Source of the DNA: Microthyrium microscopicum
Lineage: Eukaryota
Reading direction: 5' to 3'
Length of the DNA stretch: 64,000 nt
Assembly: GCA_010405405.1 (NCBI GenBank)
Contig: MU004236.1
Span: 2,176,070 to 2,240,069, forward strand
The position numbers and the translations under genes were made by a program. Shown here one piece after another: positions 62,337 through 64,000 of the stretch; position 1 is the stretch's first letter; each line of letters opens with the position of its first letter. The notes below the pieces were generated by a model. That model worked only from the letters and a program-made list of their open reading frames with translations, ran no database searches and had not been told where the DNA came from.

Positions 62337-64000
62337 GAGGGCACACCGTTAATCCGCCAAGACCTAATTATCCAATCAGAGGGCTAGAATCCTACTTATT
62401 AAAAACATTAATATCTTAAAGAATTTATAACTTTGTAATTACTTAACTAAATATAATGTTTTTAATATTATTTTAAAGATTAAGACCTATATTAGAATTT
62501 AATATTATTTACTACAACTCTTAAATATAATTTATAATACTAACTAATATCTACTAAGTTAATTCTTCCCTAATATAGACTTTAACTTTAATATTAAGTA
62601 TATTTAGCTAATCTTTATTATTACTCTCTATTTTAATTAAATTTAATCTCTAGTACTTATAAAATAGCTTATTAAGAACGTCTTCTTTATTAGTAGTAAA
62701 TATATACTAATAAACTAGTATAAATAAGTTACTATCTATATAATAAGTACTAAGTTATACTATTATTTAATTAAGCTTTTTACTATTTATATAGCTAAAA
62801 ACTAATATATTTACGTAATCTATAATTAATTATATTTAATAAAGATTTTAGACCTAATTAATTACTAAAAATAATTTTTTAAAGGGTATAGAGTTAGCTA
62901 TAGTATTAAATAGCCTAATAGTAATACTAAATAACTTTAGACTAGCTATTTAAAAATATTCTTAGAAATATAGTAATTATTAGTAATTCTATACTTTAGC
63001 TTAATTATTAAATATTATAAAAATACTCTATTTATTCCTAAAAACTCTAAATATAAAAGTAACTTCTTTAGCTTCTTTTTAAGCTTTATCTTAATTATCT
63101 TTTAGTATAAAATTATAAGCTTTAAAACGTCTTTTAAAAGCTTAAAGATAAACTAAATAGATACTTATATCTAAAAGTTTTAAAAGATTTATAATAGAGA
63201 AATCTAATATATTAGCTAATTAGTTATTATTAATAATTTACTCTTATAATTATTTCTCTAGAAATTAAAGTAGTTCTTATTAAATACTATAAATTTTAAT
63301 AATTTTAGAATATTTTATAGTAAGTATTAACTAATTAGCTTTAATAGCTTTTTATTCTTAAATTACTTTATCTAAATAGTATTTTAAGCTCTCTAAGCTC
63401 TTTTATATAATATAAAGAGGCTTATAGATTTATTAAAAGAACCTTATATTATACTAAAACTATAAGCTCTTTATAAGCTTAAAAATTAGTTTATTTTTAG
63501 CCTACGCTACTATAATATTACCTAATATGTTTATATAATAAGTAAAAGCTTTAAATATAACTTTACTACGTAAAAGTAATTAAATAATACTAAATTAGGA
63601 CCCTTAATAAGTAATTACTAATAATCTAATACTATTAATTTTACCTATAAGCTTCTAATATTAAAACTTATAAAGTTATTTAAAATATAGCTTCCTTATC
63701 CTAAACTAGACTATAAGCTTAGTAATCTTTACTAAAATAGCTTCTAAAGTAAGAATTCTTTTTAAAATATCTTTTATAAGAAGCTAAAGACTATAAGAAT
63801 TATAAAGTATAAAAGAATACTTCTTAAAAGCTTCTTAAAAGTATTTTAAAAGTATATTTATAATAGTACGTATAATATTATATATATTAAAGCTAATTAA
63901 ATTAATATATATAAGATTTTCTTTAATTTACTTCTCTAAGGTATATAATAGATATATTATTAATACTATAACTATAGCGTATTCTTTACCTAAATTAATA
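62337..64000. mobile_element. RIP-degenerated repeat running off the window edge, class unassigned (possibly a TIR element starting GAGGGCACACCG)
   Basis: Abrupt shift to very high AT and TpA content after ~62390, with no ORFs. A less-mutated ~50-bp edge precedes it, as in the other RIPed elements here. The second end is not in the window. Confidence 0.7.

Noticed and set aside
62332..62344. 13-bp match GATTAGAGGGCAC with the Tc1 subterminal region (14332-14344, minus strand)
   Set aside because: Isolated 13-mer matches are expected by chance in 64 kb, and the flanks do not align.
1..64000. tRNA, rRNA, snoRNA genes and TGA-CTA readthrough signals
   Set aside because: No cloverleaf, rRNA-like or clear box C/D signature was recognised by eye, and none of the stop codons checked has the TGA CTA context. 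A tRNAscan-SE/Infernal run would be needed to exclude RNA genes.

Overview
Gene-dense genomic window from a filamentous ascomycete fungus, judged from short GT-AG introns with CTAAC branch points and from RIP-type C>T/G>A decay in its repeats. It holds about 20 mostly intron-containing host genes: CSN12, RPL20, an enoyl-CoA hydratase, Boi1/2, a MIZ/SP-RING protein, 14-3-3, RPL4, TAF11, a GPI-anchored Cys-rich protein, an MpaB/DUF2236 oxygenase, a DUF427 protein, a DUF1330-like protein, TRP5, GYP5, maiA, a sterol-type glycosyltransferase, an arylsulfotransferase, an NCS1 permease, a Zn2Cys6 TF and MED10. It also holds four transposon-derived segments. (1) A 4-kb RIP-damaged Tc1 (DD34E) element carrying a second, convergent ~617-codon ORF with a Cys3His motif. 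(2) An 11.4-kb, heavily RIPed element with ~180-bp TIRs, TAT..ATA ends, a 5-bp TSD and a recognisable IS3EU-type DDE integrase plus several unidentified cargo ORFs. (3) A 224-bp MITE inserted in the last coding exon of the Zn2Cys6 TF. (4) A RIPed repeat running off the right edge. The most interesting candidate system is a compact cluster: a bacterial-type arylsulfotransferase and an NCS1 permease share a divergent GATA/CGG-rich promoter next to a Zn2Cys6 regulator. That cluster directly adjoined a glycosyltransferase and a GST-zeta gene before the large transposon inserted. All family assignments come from motif recognition by eye; no database searches were run.
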